Shown: positions 38,525 through 47,158, counted from the stretch's first letter. The stretch is DNA of 64,000 bases from Burkholderiales bacterium (GCA_030834275.1 JAURFP010000001.1:17359-81358); one strand, 5' to 3'. Notes: a model not told the origin generated them from the letters alone. Numbers and translations are program-made.

Positions 38525-40084
38525 ATGGATCACATAGAACCCAAATTTCTCAGCCAAATTCGGAGGGGAATTGAAAAAGAGAGTCTGCGCGTTTCTCCTG
38601 ACGGGAACCTGAGTACTCTCTCACACCCAATCGCGCTTGGGTCGCCGCTCACACACTCAAATATAACAACTGACTTTTCTGAAGCTCAACTGGAGCTCAT
38701 TACTGACACACATCAGAACTTAGACGCTTGCCTTCAACAACTAAAAGATGTCCATCAATTTGTCTACCAGAACCTAGGGGCTGAGTTGCTTTGGTGCTCG
38801 AGTATGCCGTGCTCACTACCAAGAGACGATCTCATTCCAATCGCAACTTATGGATCATCAAACATTGCGAAAGCAAAAACGACCTACAGGAGAGGGTTAG
38901 CCGTACGCTATGGCAGAACCATGCAAACAATCTCTGGTATTCACTATAACTTCTCCCTTCCTAGTGAATATTGGACGGATACAGATGTAGATCTAAATAC
39001 TGAAAAAATTCGTCGTAACGAGGCGTACTTCGGGCTAATAAGAAATTTCAGAAGATACGCGTGGCTGCTTTTGTATTTATTCGGGGCCTCTCCAGCGGTA
39101 TGTCAATGCTTCGTCGAAGGACGTGTTCATCAACTGAAGACTCTGAGTAAAAATACGAGATATTTACCCTATGCGACGTCTCTTAGAATGGGTCCACTCG
39201 GTTACCAAAGTGACGTTCAATCATCGATTTCGGTGAGTTATAACGACCTAGCTGACTATTCCTCGTCACTTTTCGATGCGCTCACCAAACCATTCCCCCC
39301 TTACTCTGCTATCGGCCTCAAAAATAGAGACGGGGAATATCAACAACTCTCAACTTCACTACTTCAAATTGAAAACGAATTTTATGGAACGATTCGTCCA
39401 AAACAACCAGTGCAATTGGGGGAACGTCCCCTTCACGCCCTAAACAGTAGAGGCGTTGAGTACGTCGAAGTTAGATGTATTGATATCGACCCTTACTCGC
39501 CGATTGGTATTAACGAGAAAACGAGCGCATTTATCGACACATTCTTACTATTTTGCATGCTCTCGCCAAGCCCTAAAGATAGTCCAGAAGAAAATAAAAC
39601 CAATGGTAGAAATCAATATTTGATAGCGGAACGCGGCAGGGAACCGGGAATCAAGCTGATTCGTGGGAACGAGCACATAGCAATGAAAGACTGGGGGAAA
39701 GAAATTATCGACCGGTGTGTGCCAATTGCTGAGCAACTCGACTACGCCAATAAAACGACACGCCACACAAGTGCTGTCGAGTCGGCTCGGGAAAAATTAG
39801 ATCTGCCAAATGCGACTCCATCGGGAAAAATCTTGCACGAAATTCAAGAGAAATTTAATGGATCGTACTTTGATTTCGTGATGGATTTATCTTCGAAATA
39901 CGCATCAGACGCGCACAACAAAGAAAGATGTATTGAGTCTCACACGGACTTGCAACTTGACGCTCAAATGTCACTCGAGAGACAAAGACAGATAGAAAGT
40001 ACTGATCAGATTTCTTTTGATGAGTTTCGAGAGGCTTACATATCGCAAGAAGCCTCTCGAATTTATCTCACACAAAAAAACTAA
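38525..40084 (+). CDS. gshA: Glutamate--cysteine ligase (type 1)
   Basis: 519 aa. RGIEKESLRV near the N-terminus, and the length and overall pattern match proteobacterial GshA. Confidence 0.85.
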   Translation: MDHIEPKFLSQIRRGIEKESLRVSPDGNLSTLSHPIALGSPLTHSNITTDFSEAQLELITDTHQNLDACLQQLKDVHQFVYQNLGAELLWCSSMPCSLPRDDLIPIATYGSSNIAKAKTTYRRGLAVRYGRTMQTISGIHYNFSLPSEYWTDTDVDLNTEKIRRNEAYFGLIRNFRRYAWLLLYLFGASPAVCQCFVEGRVHQLKTLSKNTRYLPYATSLRMGPLGYQSDVQSSISVSYNDLADYSSSLFDALTKPFPPYSAIGLKNRDGEYQQLSTSLLQIENEFYGTIRPKQPVQLGERPLHALNSRGVEYVEVRCIDIDPYSPIGINEKTSAFIDTFLLFCMLSPSPKDSPEENKTNGRNQYLIAERGREPGIKLIRGNEHIAMKDWGKEIIDRCVPIAEQLDYANKTTRHTSAVESAREKLDLPNATPSGKILHEIQEKFNGSYFDFVMDLSSKYASDAHNKERCIESHTDLQLDAQMSLERQRQIESTDQISFDEFREAYISQEASRIYLTQKN

Positions 40085-40860
40085 AAAGCGCTGTTGTAGA
40101 TCCCACCATCGATAAGTAAACTCTGCCCGGTGATGTAACCTGCATGCGCACTACAGAGAAACGCACATGCTCTCCCGAACTCCATAGGATCACCGAAACG
40201 CTTGGCGGGGATTTGCTCGGATCTTTGTTTGGCTACCTCTTCAACCGTAATACCATTGTTCTGAGCCCACGCATTGAACCCCCCTCTCAATCGATCCGTA
40301 TCAAAGAACCCAGGGAGAATATTGTTCACAGTTACATTGTGATGCGCTACCGTTCGGGCAACACCTGCTAAAAATGCTGTGAGGCCCGCCCTCGCACCAC
40401 TCGATAAATCGAGCCCAGGAACCGGCATTTTTACACTCATCGAAGTGATGTTTACGATTCGCCCAAACTTTTTCTCAATCATACTATCGATCACTTTCTG
40501 GATAAGCTCAATGGGAGTCACCATGTTCATAGTCACCCCATCAAGCATGGCCTGACGATCCAGTTCACGAAAATCTTTGAATGGAGGACCTCCATTATTG
40601 TTAACCAAGATATCGGGGGAGGGGCATGCCGCTAGCACTTTTGCCTGTCCTTCTCTTGTACTGATGTCCGCCATCACGGGGGTGACCTCGACACCGGTTG
40701 CTTTCCTAATTTCTTCAGCTGTTTCAGACGTAATTTTTTCATCTCGACCATTTAAAGTCACCGAAACCCCAGCCTCCGCAAGTGCTCTGGCACAAGCCTT
40801 ACCAAGGCCCCTACTTGAAGCACAAATAATCGCGGTCTTTCCCTGTATCCCTAAATCCAT
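40081..40860 (-). CDS. Atypical SDR-family protein (catalytic Tyr/Lys positions substituted)
   Basis: Rossmann motif TAIICASSRGLGKA. At the S-x12-Y-x3-K positions the sequence reads ITSMSVKMPVPGLDLSSGARAG, with Ser and Arg in place of Tyr and Lys. Start ATG 40860 has a GAGGGAGGGG SD. Confidence 0.75.
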   Translation of the reverse strand: MDLGIQGKTAIICASSRGLGKACARALAEAGVSVTLNGRDEKITSETAEEIRKATGVEVTPVMADISTREGQAKVLAACPSPDILVNNNGGPPFKDFRELDRQAMLDGVTMNMVTPIELIQKVIDSMIEKKFGRIVNITSMSVKMPVPGLDLSSGARAGLTAFLAGVARTVAHHNVTVNNILPGFFDTDRLRGGFNAWAQNNGITVEEVAKQRSEQIPAKRFGDPMEFGRACAFLCSAHAGYITGQSLLIDGGIYNSAF

Positions 40861-40890
40861 TTTCCCCTCCCTCAAATATTTACAAATTCG

Positions 40891-41400
40891 TTATCGCGCG
40901 ACACCGAAGAAAAAATTATTAATCCACCCCTGAGCATCGTTTTGAGCTGACTCTACCTGTTCACCGCTCATTCGCCTTGCGAGTAATTCTTTTTGAAAGT
41001 TTGCCTTCTCATCAAAATTGATCGTGCTTGCCAAGAAAAACCATTTATATGCTTGTGTATCGTTTTGTGTAACACCGTCTCCATCTCTGTAAAGAATGCC
41101 TAGACTGTACATCGCGTAAGCATACCCCGCGTCAGCGGCTTTTCGGAACCAAAATGCGGCTTGTGTTTTGTCAGGCTCTCCAAGATCACCATCACGCAGC
41201 AATACCGCTAGTCCATTTTGTGCACGAATGTGGCCTCGCTGCGCCGCAGTTCTCCAATATCGCGCCGCTTCATCAAAATTTTTTGCGGCAAATTCGTCAT
41301 ACCCTTTATCAAAATCTGCATCCCCGGGCTCTGCATTTGCGAGCACAGGTAGAGATAAAAACAGAAAAGCAACAATAAAATATCTGGCTGATCGCTTCAT
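40891..41400 (-). CDS. Secreted Sel1-repeat (TPR-like) protein
   Basis: Signal peptide MKRSARYFIVAFLFLSLPVLANA, followed by Sel1 units (...AQNGLAVLLRDG..., ...AMYSLGILYRDGDGV...). Confidence 0.75.
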   Translation of the reverse strand: MKRSARYFIVAFLFLSLPVLANAEPGDADFDKGYDEFAAKNFDEAARYWRTAAQRGHIRAQNGLAVLLRDGDLGEPDKTQAAFWFRKAADAGYAYAMYSLGILYRDGDGVTQNDTQAYKWFFLASTINFDEKANFQKELLARRMSGEQVESAQNDAQGWINNFFFGVAR

Positions 41401-41407
41401 AATATTT

Positions 41408-42040
41408 TCAAGGAATTCCTAAAATTTTGTGAGTTTGTAAACTTAATCTCCAATGAGGGTTGTCTTGGCAATACTGAGTCGCGCTCCGAATATTCTCTTT
41501 AACATTACTTCCGTCCATCGGTTGGATAAAAAAATGATCGAAATCCCATCCTTCAAACTGTTCTGGACTGATTCCCTCTTGGGGAAAAACCAACTTGAGC
41601 TCATTACCCTTACGCACGATGCAATCCGTTCTCGCCTTGGGACTCACGCACACCCAATCAATACCATCCGGCATCTCCAGGGTACCGTTAGTTTCGACTG
41701 CCACTCTAAACCCTCTGTCGTGCAACGCATTCACCAAATCTGCGTTCAGCTGCAAAAGAGGCTCACCGCCGGTACACACGACTAACTTACGACCGCCGTT
41801 AACAGGCCAAGTTTCATCAATTTTACTCGCCAAACACTCGCTTGATTCAAATTTTCCACCGTTTATTCCATCGGTTCCAACAAATTCCGTGTCACAAAAC
41901 TGGCATTCGGCGCTGGCGCGATCCTGCTCCCGTCCGCTCCACAGATTACATCCAGAGAAACGACAAAACACCGCAGCCATCCCGGTTTGGGCACCTTCAC
42001 CTTGCAGCGTATAAAAAATCTCTTTCACGGTAAATGTCAT
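41408..42040 (-). CDS. queE: 7-carboxy-7-deazaguanine synthase (radical SAM), short CX14CX2C type
   Basis: FYTLQGEG motif. The cluster motif is C-NLWSGREQDRASAE-C-QF-C. Start ATG 42040 overlaps the queD stop (ATGA). Confidence 0.85.
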   Translation of the reverse strand: MTFTVKEIFYTLQGEGAQTGMAAVFCRFSGCNLWSGREQDRASAECQFCDTEFVGTDGINGGKFESSECLASKIDETWPVNGGRKLVVCTGGEPLLQLNADLVNALHDRGFRVAVETNGTLEMPDGIDWVCVSPKARTDCIVRKGNELKLVFPQEGISPEQFEGWDFDHFFIQPMDGSNVKENIRSATQYCQDNPHWRLSLQTHKILGIP

Positions 42041-43146
42041 ACGGGTAGGGCAGGGCCCCTCTGACCCCAATCGAGCGTCACTCCACAACCGCGAGTTTCA
42101 TAGAGGTCAATTCTGTCAAGCTCTGGAAGAGATTCACTCAATGCTTGCTTAATCCAATTGGCGATGTTGAAGGTATCACTATTCTCAAGCCCATGTATTT
42201 CATAGAGTGGTCGATGATCAATTTGGTTAAATATGGGAGAAAATTTCTCCTTAACGTCACCATAGTCCATCGTCCAACCCATTAAACGATCAATGTCGGA
42301 CGTGAGATGTAACCGGGATAGGAAAGTATGTCCAAACACCCTACGATCTCCATCCTCTTCTAATTGCACGGCACTATCGATAGAGAAATCTTTCCAAATG
42401 CGAAATAGCTCACCGTCATAGTGTGCGCCACTCGATGCCGTTTCATACACGGTGACCCAACTCAGCTCTGGAACTTCGCTCTTAACCTGCCTCCAAATCC
42501 ACTCGGCTATTAATTCACTAGTGGGGTTCTCTAAACCCTCGATATCATTTAAGCATCGACGATGGAGTTGATCATGCAAACCCTTCCAGCATTCGCTCAG
42601 CCGCTCATACTCGATGCCGTAATTCCTATCCTCGATTGCATTTCGAGTATGAAGCAGCACTTGAAAGCCATGGCCATGCATTCGACCACACTTATGTCCT
42701 ACCGGAACGTTGGGCAAAAAATGTGCCGACTCGAACTGAAATTTCTTCCAGACGTGAGCCTGTCCATTTAGGTCGATATCCACCCCCTCACACGGAGTAC
42801 TTTGCACCCCAAGACGATCGACCCCCTCGACATTTAACTCACTCAAAACCCAGCGAGCAATATTTTCATCTGTGGGTATTTTGATGATGTCGTTAAGGAA
42901 TGAGTAATTTAAGCGATCAGTAACGGTTCTCAATAAATTAACTATCTGGCTCAACGACTGAAAATGATCATTAAAACCCATTGAGCTATCACTTCGTAAT
43001 TTTGCAACATAACTATGGCCATGGAGCCCTCGAGCAGGATGACCTTCCGGAAATATATCAACCGAACATGCGGCCTCGAAAGATGAAGCAGCCAACCAGA
43101 AAACGCGCGGATTATTAATACCTACGGGAAACTCCGATTTATTCAT
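42037..43146 (-). CDS. queD: 6-carboxytetrahydropterin synthase homolog built from three tandem PTPS/QueD modules
   Basis: The middle module carries FESAHFLPNVPVGHKCGRMHGHGF...LNDIEGLENPTSELIAEWIW, a near-canonical QueD signature. Modules 1 and 3 are homologous but have degenerate active-site motifs. ATG start at 43146, though the ORF is also open to TTG 43179. Confidence 0.8.
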   Translation of the reverse strand: MNKSEFPVGINNPRVFWLAASSFEAACSVDIFPEGHPARGLHGHSYVAKLRSDSSMGFNDHFQSLSQIVNLLRTVTDRLNYSFLNDIIKIPTDENIARWVLSELNVEGVDRLGVQSTPCEGVDIDLNGQAHVWKKFQFESAHFLPNVPVGHKCGRMHGHGFQVLLHTRNAIEDRNYGIEYERLSECWKGLHDQLHRRCLNDIEGLENPTSELIAEWIWRQVKSEVPELSWVTVYETASSGAHYDGELFRIWKDFSIDSAVQLEEDGDRRVFGHTFLSRLHLTSDIDRLMGWTMDYGDVKEKFSPIFNQIDHRPLYEIHGLENSDTFNIANWIKQALSESLPELDRIDLYETRGCGVTLDWGQRGPALPV

Positions 43147-43251
43147 GACGCGTCTACTTTTGCGATCTTCTAACGTCAATTTATGACCCGAATTTAAGTT
43201 AATTCGTTAGTGTACGATAAACAAGTAAACAAATAATTTGGGGGATTGAGT

Positions 43252-44046
43252 ATGGATATGATGCTTCAGGGGAAATCGGCGTTAATAACAGGCTCTACCT
43301 ATGGTATCGGTTTTGCGATCGCAGAGGCACTTGCGGCAGAGGGGGTCAACGTCACGATTACCGGCCGAGATGAAAGAAAAACCAGCGAATCTTTAAAAGA
43401 TCTCGAAAACCGATTTCCTGATACCAAACCCCAAGCTGTTTGCGCCGACTGCACAAGCCCCGAGGGATATAACAAAGTATTCAGCACAATCCAGCAAACC
43501 GATATTCTGATAAACAATATGGGGATTTACGAGAGAAAGCCTTTTCTCGAGATTCCCGATGAAGAATGGGAACGCATGTTCGACGTGAATGTTATGAGTG
43601 GCGTTCGTTTCTCTAGGCAATATATCCCGGCAATGGTTGATAAGGGGTGGGGAAGAATCATATTTGTATCGAGCGAGTCTGGACTAATGATTCCACCGGA
43701 AATGATTCATTATGGTTTTAGTAAAAGCGCGCAACTGAGTATTTCACGTGGCCTTGCGATGTCGCTTAAAGGAACAGGGATCACCGTGAACGCCCTACTC
43801 CCAGGTCCAACGCGCACAGACACAACGAATAGGCAGAGGAAAGAGCGTGCCAAGCAGTGGGGAATTAGTCTAGAGCAGCTTGAGTCCGAATTTTTTGAAA
43901 AGTCTAGACCCACCTCACTCCTGAATCGGTTCGCAGAAGCAAAAGAGGTTGCTCCGCTTGCCGTGTACCTCTGTAGCCCTCTATCTGAGCTAACGAACGG
44001 AGCAACGTTACGCGTTGAGGGAGGGATCGTTAATCAAATTATGTGA
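43252..44046 (+). CDS. Short-chain dehydrogenase/reductase (canonical)
   Basis: ITGSTYGIGFA, NNMG and YGFSKSA (YxxxK). ATG 43252 is preceded by a GGGGGA SD. The ORF track starts at TTG 43246. Confidence 0.85.
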   Translation: MDMMLQGKSALITGSTYGIGFAIAEALAAEGVNVTITGRDERKTSESLKDLENRFPDTKPQAVCADCTSPEGYNKVFSTIQQTDILINNMGIYERKPFLEIPDEEWERMFDVNVMSGVRFSRQYIPAMVDKGWGRIIFVSSESGLMIPPEMIHYGFSKSAQLSISRGLAMSLKGTGITVNALLPGPTRTDTTNRQRKERAKQWGISLEQLESEFFEKSRPTSLLNRFAEAKEVAPLAVYLCSPLSELTNGATLRVEGGIVNQIM

Positions 44047-44937
44047 TCGCTGAAGATTAAAAGTACGCCAACATCCGCTAGAAATCGGGTTACGTAAACG
44101 TTCTTTTTGGCTTACAACATAGACCCAAGCCAACACTGGATCCGTTGTCTCAGTAACACGCACCTGAGATATGGTTCGAGCAAACTCATTATTCGCATTT
44201 TCAAAACCAAAAAAATCCTCGATTAAATCAGTGCAGGAGATAGCACTAGATATATCATCAAAAGCTATAAGTTGACCTTTTACTAAATTCCCCAAGGGAT
44301 CACCGAAGATATCTAACATAGGGTAATCACGATCAGTCGCGTAAAGAGTACCGCGTATCAAAGCTTCTTCGCTACTCGATTTGGAAAACCGAGCTATCTG
44401 ATGAGATCGACTCTCCCCTTCAAGTAATGTTCCGTAAATAAAAAGAGGATATTGAGCGCTCGTCTGTGGCCGGTTTTTAGCTACAAGATATAAATCTGAG
44501 GTGTCGAGCCGAAATCTTCGCAACCCTTTCTCCACGACATCTTGGTAGTGTTGAGTTGGCTTCACGAACTCCATGTAATTTCTGTCCGTGACAACATAGG
44601 TGATTGCCGAAATTAAATTTCCAGTTGAATCAATGACACGACATCCGATTCGACGATAGATACCCTCATTCACACCTTCCTTGAAATCCAGAGCATTCCA
44701 ACCGTTTTGATTAACGCGAAACAACGCACCATTCACCCAACCACCTTTACGGCTTTTGATATTTAATGCGCCTCCTCCTCGCGTTCGTGAGAACACATTA
44801 AAGCCAAGCTCATAGTCGGGCATGCGGGCAGGCTGAATAGCCTCAATGCTGTTTGGATCAAAATTGTGTCGATTACAAAACTCAGCCCAATCATCAATAT
44901 CTAAATTCGAACCGTAGGCAAAATAGAGGGGCTCCAT
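44008..44937 (-). CDS. Tandem gamma-glutamylcyclotransferase-like (AIG2/GGACT fold) protein, two modules
   Basis: 309 aa. Module 1 starts LYFAYGSNLDIDDW and module 2 starts LFIYGTLLEGESRSH. The 3' end overlaps the convergent SDR gene by 39 bp. Confidence 0.7.
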   Translation of the reverse strand: MEPLYFAYGSNLDIDDWAEFCNRHNFDPNSIEAIQPARMPDYELGFNVFSRTRGGGALNIKSRKGGWVNGALFRVNQNGWNALDFKEGVNEGIYRRIGCRVIDSTGNLISAITYVVTDRNYMEFVKPTQHYQDVVEKGLRRFRLDTSDLYLVAKNRPQTSAQYPLFIYGTLLEGESRSHQIARFSKSSSEEALIRGTLYATDRDYPMLDIFGDPLGNLVKGQLIAFDDISSAISCTDLIEDFFGFENANNEFARTISQVRVTETTDPVLAWVYVVSQKERLRNPISSGCWRTFNLQRSHNLINDPSLNA

Positions 44938-44946
44938 ATCTGGCCA

Positions 44947-45255
44947 TCAGCCTATCGCTCTGAGAACATGAATCGTTCTACTTTCCAAAAGGTGACCAAC
45001 CTTTTTGGCGTATTCCAACATATGCGGAGCCTTGGCATGCGCGCGAAGACAATCATCACTCTCCCATTTCTCACTCACAATAAAGCTATCATCTCCAATC
45101 GGGGTCTGAAACGCACCAAATTCTGCATCTACAATCGGGGTATATTCAATACACCCCTCCTCCGCTCGCACACTTGCAAGATTAGCCAAAGCGGCGTTTA
45201 GTACCTCATCTCGTTTTCCTGGTCTCGTTTTGATAATCGCTACAACATGTATCAT
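44947..45255 (-). CDS. Antibiotic-biosynthesis-monooxygenase (ABM/YgiN-like) domain protein
   Basis: 102 aa with a ferredoxin-like ABM pattern: MIHVVAIIKTRPGKRDEV...EEGCIEY...EKWESDDCLRAHAKAPHM. A GGAGGA SD precedes the start. Confidence 0.75.
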   Translation of the reverse strand: MIHVVAIIKTRPGKRDEVLNAALANLASVRAEEGCIEYTPIVDAEFGAFQTPIGDDSFIVSEKWESDDCLRAHAKAPHMLEYAKKVGHLLESRTIHVLRAIG

Positions 45256-45421
45256 ATTCTTCCTCCGATCTTTACTGGCTCGTGAACTACCTCAAAAAAC
45301 TCAGACAGTCTTACACAGAAAAGACGGCTATGCGTTTATTGAATAAAATGCGAAGTGTTCATCGACAATTTTTATTAACTAATAGAGCCACAAACTCTAA
45401 AGTATACGAGGCAACAAAAAT

Positions 45422-46282
45422 TTGTTTCCACGAATTTTGATCTTTTTTTTAACGTCCATACTGATTCCAACGGCTGCAGTCTTTGCGGATTCCTTGACGC
45501 CTGGAGATTCATTCCAAGATTGCACCGCCTGTCCCATCATGATCGTAATACCGCCGGGAGAATACGGGATGGGGGGGCCTCCGATTGATCAAGGTCGACC
45601 ATATTCCGAGGGAGAACTGCGACCTGTAAAAATTGAGAAGCCCTTTGCGGTAGGAAAATACGAAGTCACCTTCGAGGAATGGGATGAATGTGTGCGCGAC
45701 GGAGTTTGCGTAAACGTAGGAGATCAAGATTGGGGGAGAGGGAAACGCCCAGTAATAGGTGTTTCATGGGGAGAATCAGTGCAATACAGCAAATGGTTAT
45801 CCAAAAAAACGGGGAAGCGATACCGACTCCTTACGGAGGCCGAATGGGAATATGCCGCAAGAGCAAATGGAGGAAGAGCCCGTTTCTTCGGAATACCTAC
45901 GGAAGAAATTTGTAAATATGCAAACCTATACGATGAAACTGCTGAAACGAAGCTTGAGCTCGGCCTGGATGCGATCCCTTGCGCGGACGGCTTCGAACAT
46001 ACGGCACCGGTAGGGTCGTTCCTTCCCAATAACTTTGGACTCTACGATATGTTGGGTAATGTCTGGGAGTGGACCGAGGATTGTCACGCTAAGTTGTGGA
46101 GAAATTCCCCGACCGACGCGTCAGCGCGAATGGACGGTGACTGTATGGAGAGAGCGTTTCGAGGCGGCTCTTGGATTAGCCATCCTCCACGCTACCTACA
46201 ACGCCAAGATCGCTATAAATACATTGGGGGACGCGAGGTTGATTTGGGATTCCGTGTTGCACTTTCAATCGACCATTTATAA
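45422..46282 (+). CDS. Exported FGE-sulfatase/SUMF1-fold protein, paralog 1
   Basis: TTG start after a GAGG SD, with a signal peptide. Motifs: FQDCTACPIMIVIPPG, YRLLTEAEWEYAAR, LGNVWEW, RGGSW, LGFRVA. Confidence 0.8.
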   Translation: MFPRILIFFLTSILIPTAAVFADSLTPGDSFQDCTACPIMIVIPPGEYGMGGPPIDQGRPYSEGELRPVKIEKPFAVGKYEVTFEEWDECVRDGVCVNVGDQDWGRGKRPVIGVSWGESVQYSKWLSKKTGKRYRLLTEAEWEYAARANGGRARFFGIPTEEICKYANLYDETAETKLELGLDAIPCADGFEHTAPVGSFLPNNFGLYDMLGNVWEWTEDCHAKLWRNSPTDASARMDGDCMERAFRGGSWISHPPRYLQRQDRYKYIGGREVDLGFRVALSIDHL

Positions 46283-46296
46283 AAGAGGTTAGCTCC

Positions 46297-47157
46297 TTGC
46301 CATACTTAAGAGTATTGAAATTATTATTTTTAATAATCGTTGTCTCAGGAGTTTTTTCAGCGCCTGTAAAAGCGGATAACTCATTCAGGGATTGCGAAGA
46401 GTGTCCAGAGATGGTCGTCATTCCAGCAGGCAACTATGGATTCGGATCTCCTCCTAATGAATTTGGTGGCCCATACAATGAGGGTTACGTCATAGAAGTA
46501 ACCTTCAAAGAGGCTTTTGCTATCGGAAAGTATGAAGTTACTTTTTATGAGTGGATGCATTGTGTGGCAGCGGGTGCATGTGCAGAAGTTGATGACGATG
46601 GAATGGGCCAGGGAAAGCACCCGGTCATAAACGTAAGTTGGGAAGACGCGGTTACCTACACCCAATGGTTGAGCAAGGTGACAGGAAAAAATTATCGGCT
46701 TCCTTCGGAGCAAGAGTGGGAATATGCTGCACAAGGACCCACCAAACGGGCACGATTCTTCGGGATCGCTCCGGAAAAGGTTTGCGATTTTGCAAACGCG
46801 TACGATCAAACAGCCGAAGAAAAATTAACTTACGGATTTAAGACGGTACCATGCTCAGACGGCTTTACTGAGCTCGCAGCGGTGGGGTCATTTAAACCAA
46901 ACTATTTTGGACTACACGATATGTTGGGAAACGTTTGGGAATGGGTGTTCGATTGCTTAAATCCCAATTGGAGATTCAGCAAAGCTGCGGCCGATGGGTC
47001 TCCCTATACCGAAGGAGATTGCGATCAGCGAGCCTATAGGGGTGGCTCCTGGCTTTCCAATCAGCCATATTATCTTCGAACCGCAGAGCGATACAAATTT
47101 TTAAGAGCCAAGCACAATGACTTGGGCTTCCGTGTAGCAAGATCAATTACTAAGTAG
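46297..47157 (+). CDS. Exported FGE-sulfatase/SUMF1-fold protein, paralog 2
   Basis: TTG start after an AGAGG SD, with a signal peptide. Motifs: FRDCEECPEMVVIPAG, YRLPSEQEWEYAAQ, LGNVWEW, RGGSW, LGFRVA. Same length (286 aa) as paralog 1. Confidence 0.8.
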   Translation: MPYLRVLKLLFLIIVVSGVFSAPVKADNSFRDCEECPEMVVIPAGNYGFGSPPNEFGGPYNEGYVIEVTFKEAFAIGKYEVTFYEWMHCVAAGACAEVDDDGMGQGKHPVINVSWEDAVTYTQWLSKVTGKNYRLPSEQEWEYAAQGPTKRARFFGIAPEKVCDFANAYDQTAEEKLTYGFKTVPCSDGFTELAAVGSFKPNYFGLHDMLGNVWEWVFDCLNPNWRFSKAAADGSPYTEGDCDQRAYRGGSWLSNQPYYLRTAERYKFLRAKHNDLGFRVARSITK

Positions 47158-47158
47158 C

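Noticed and set aside
45422-47157. The two FGE-fold proteins could be targets of a diversity-generating retroelement (C-type-lectin/FGE-fold variable proteins).
   Set aside because: The window has no reverse transcriptase gene. By eye there is no near-identical template repeat matching either 3' end. The two 3' regions differ at all base types, not only at adenines.
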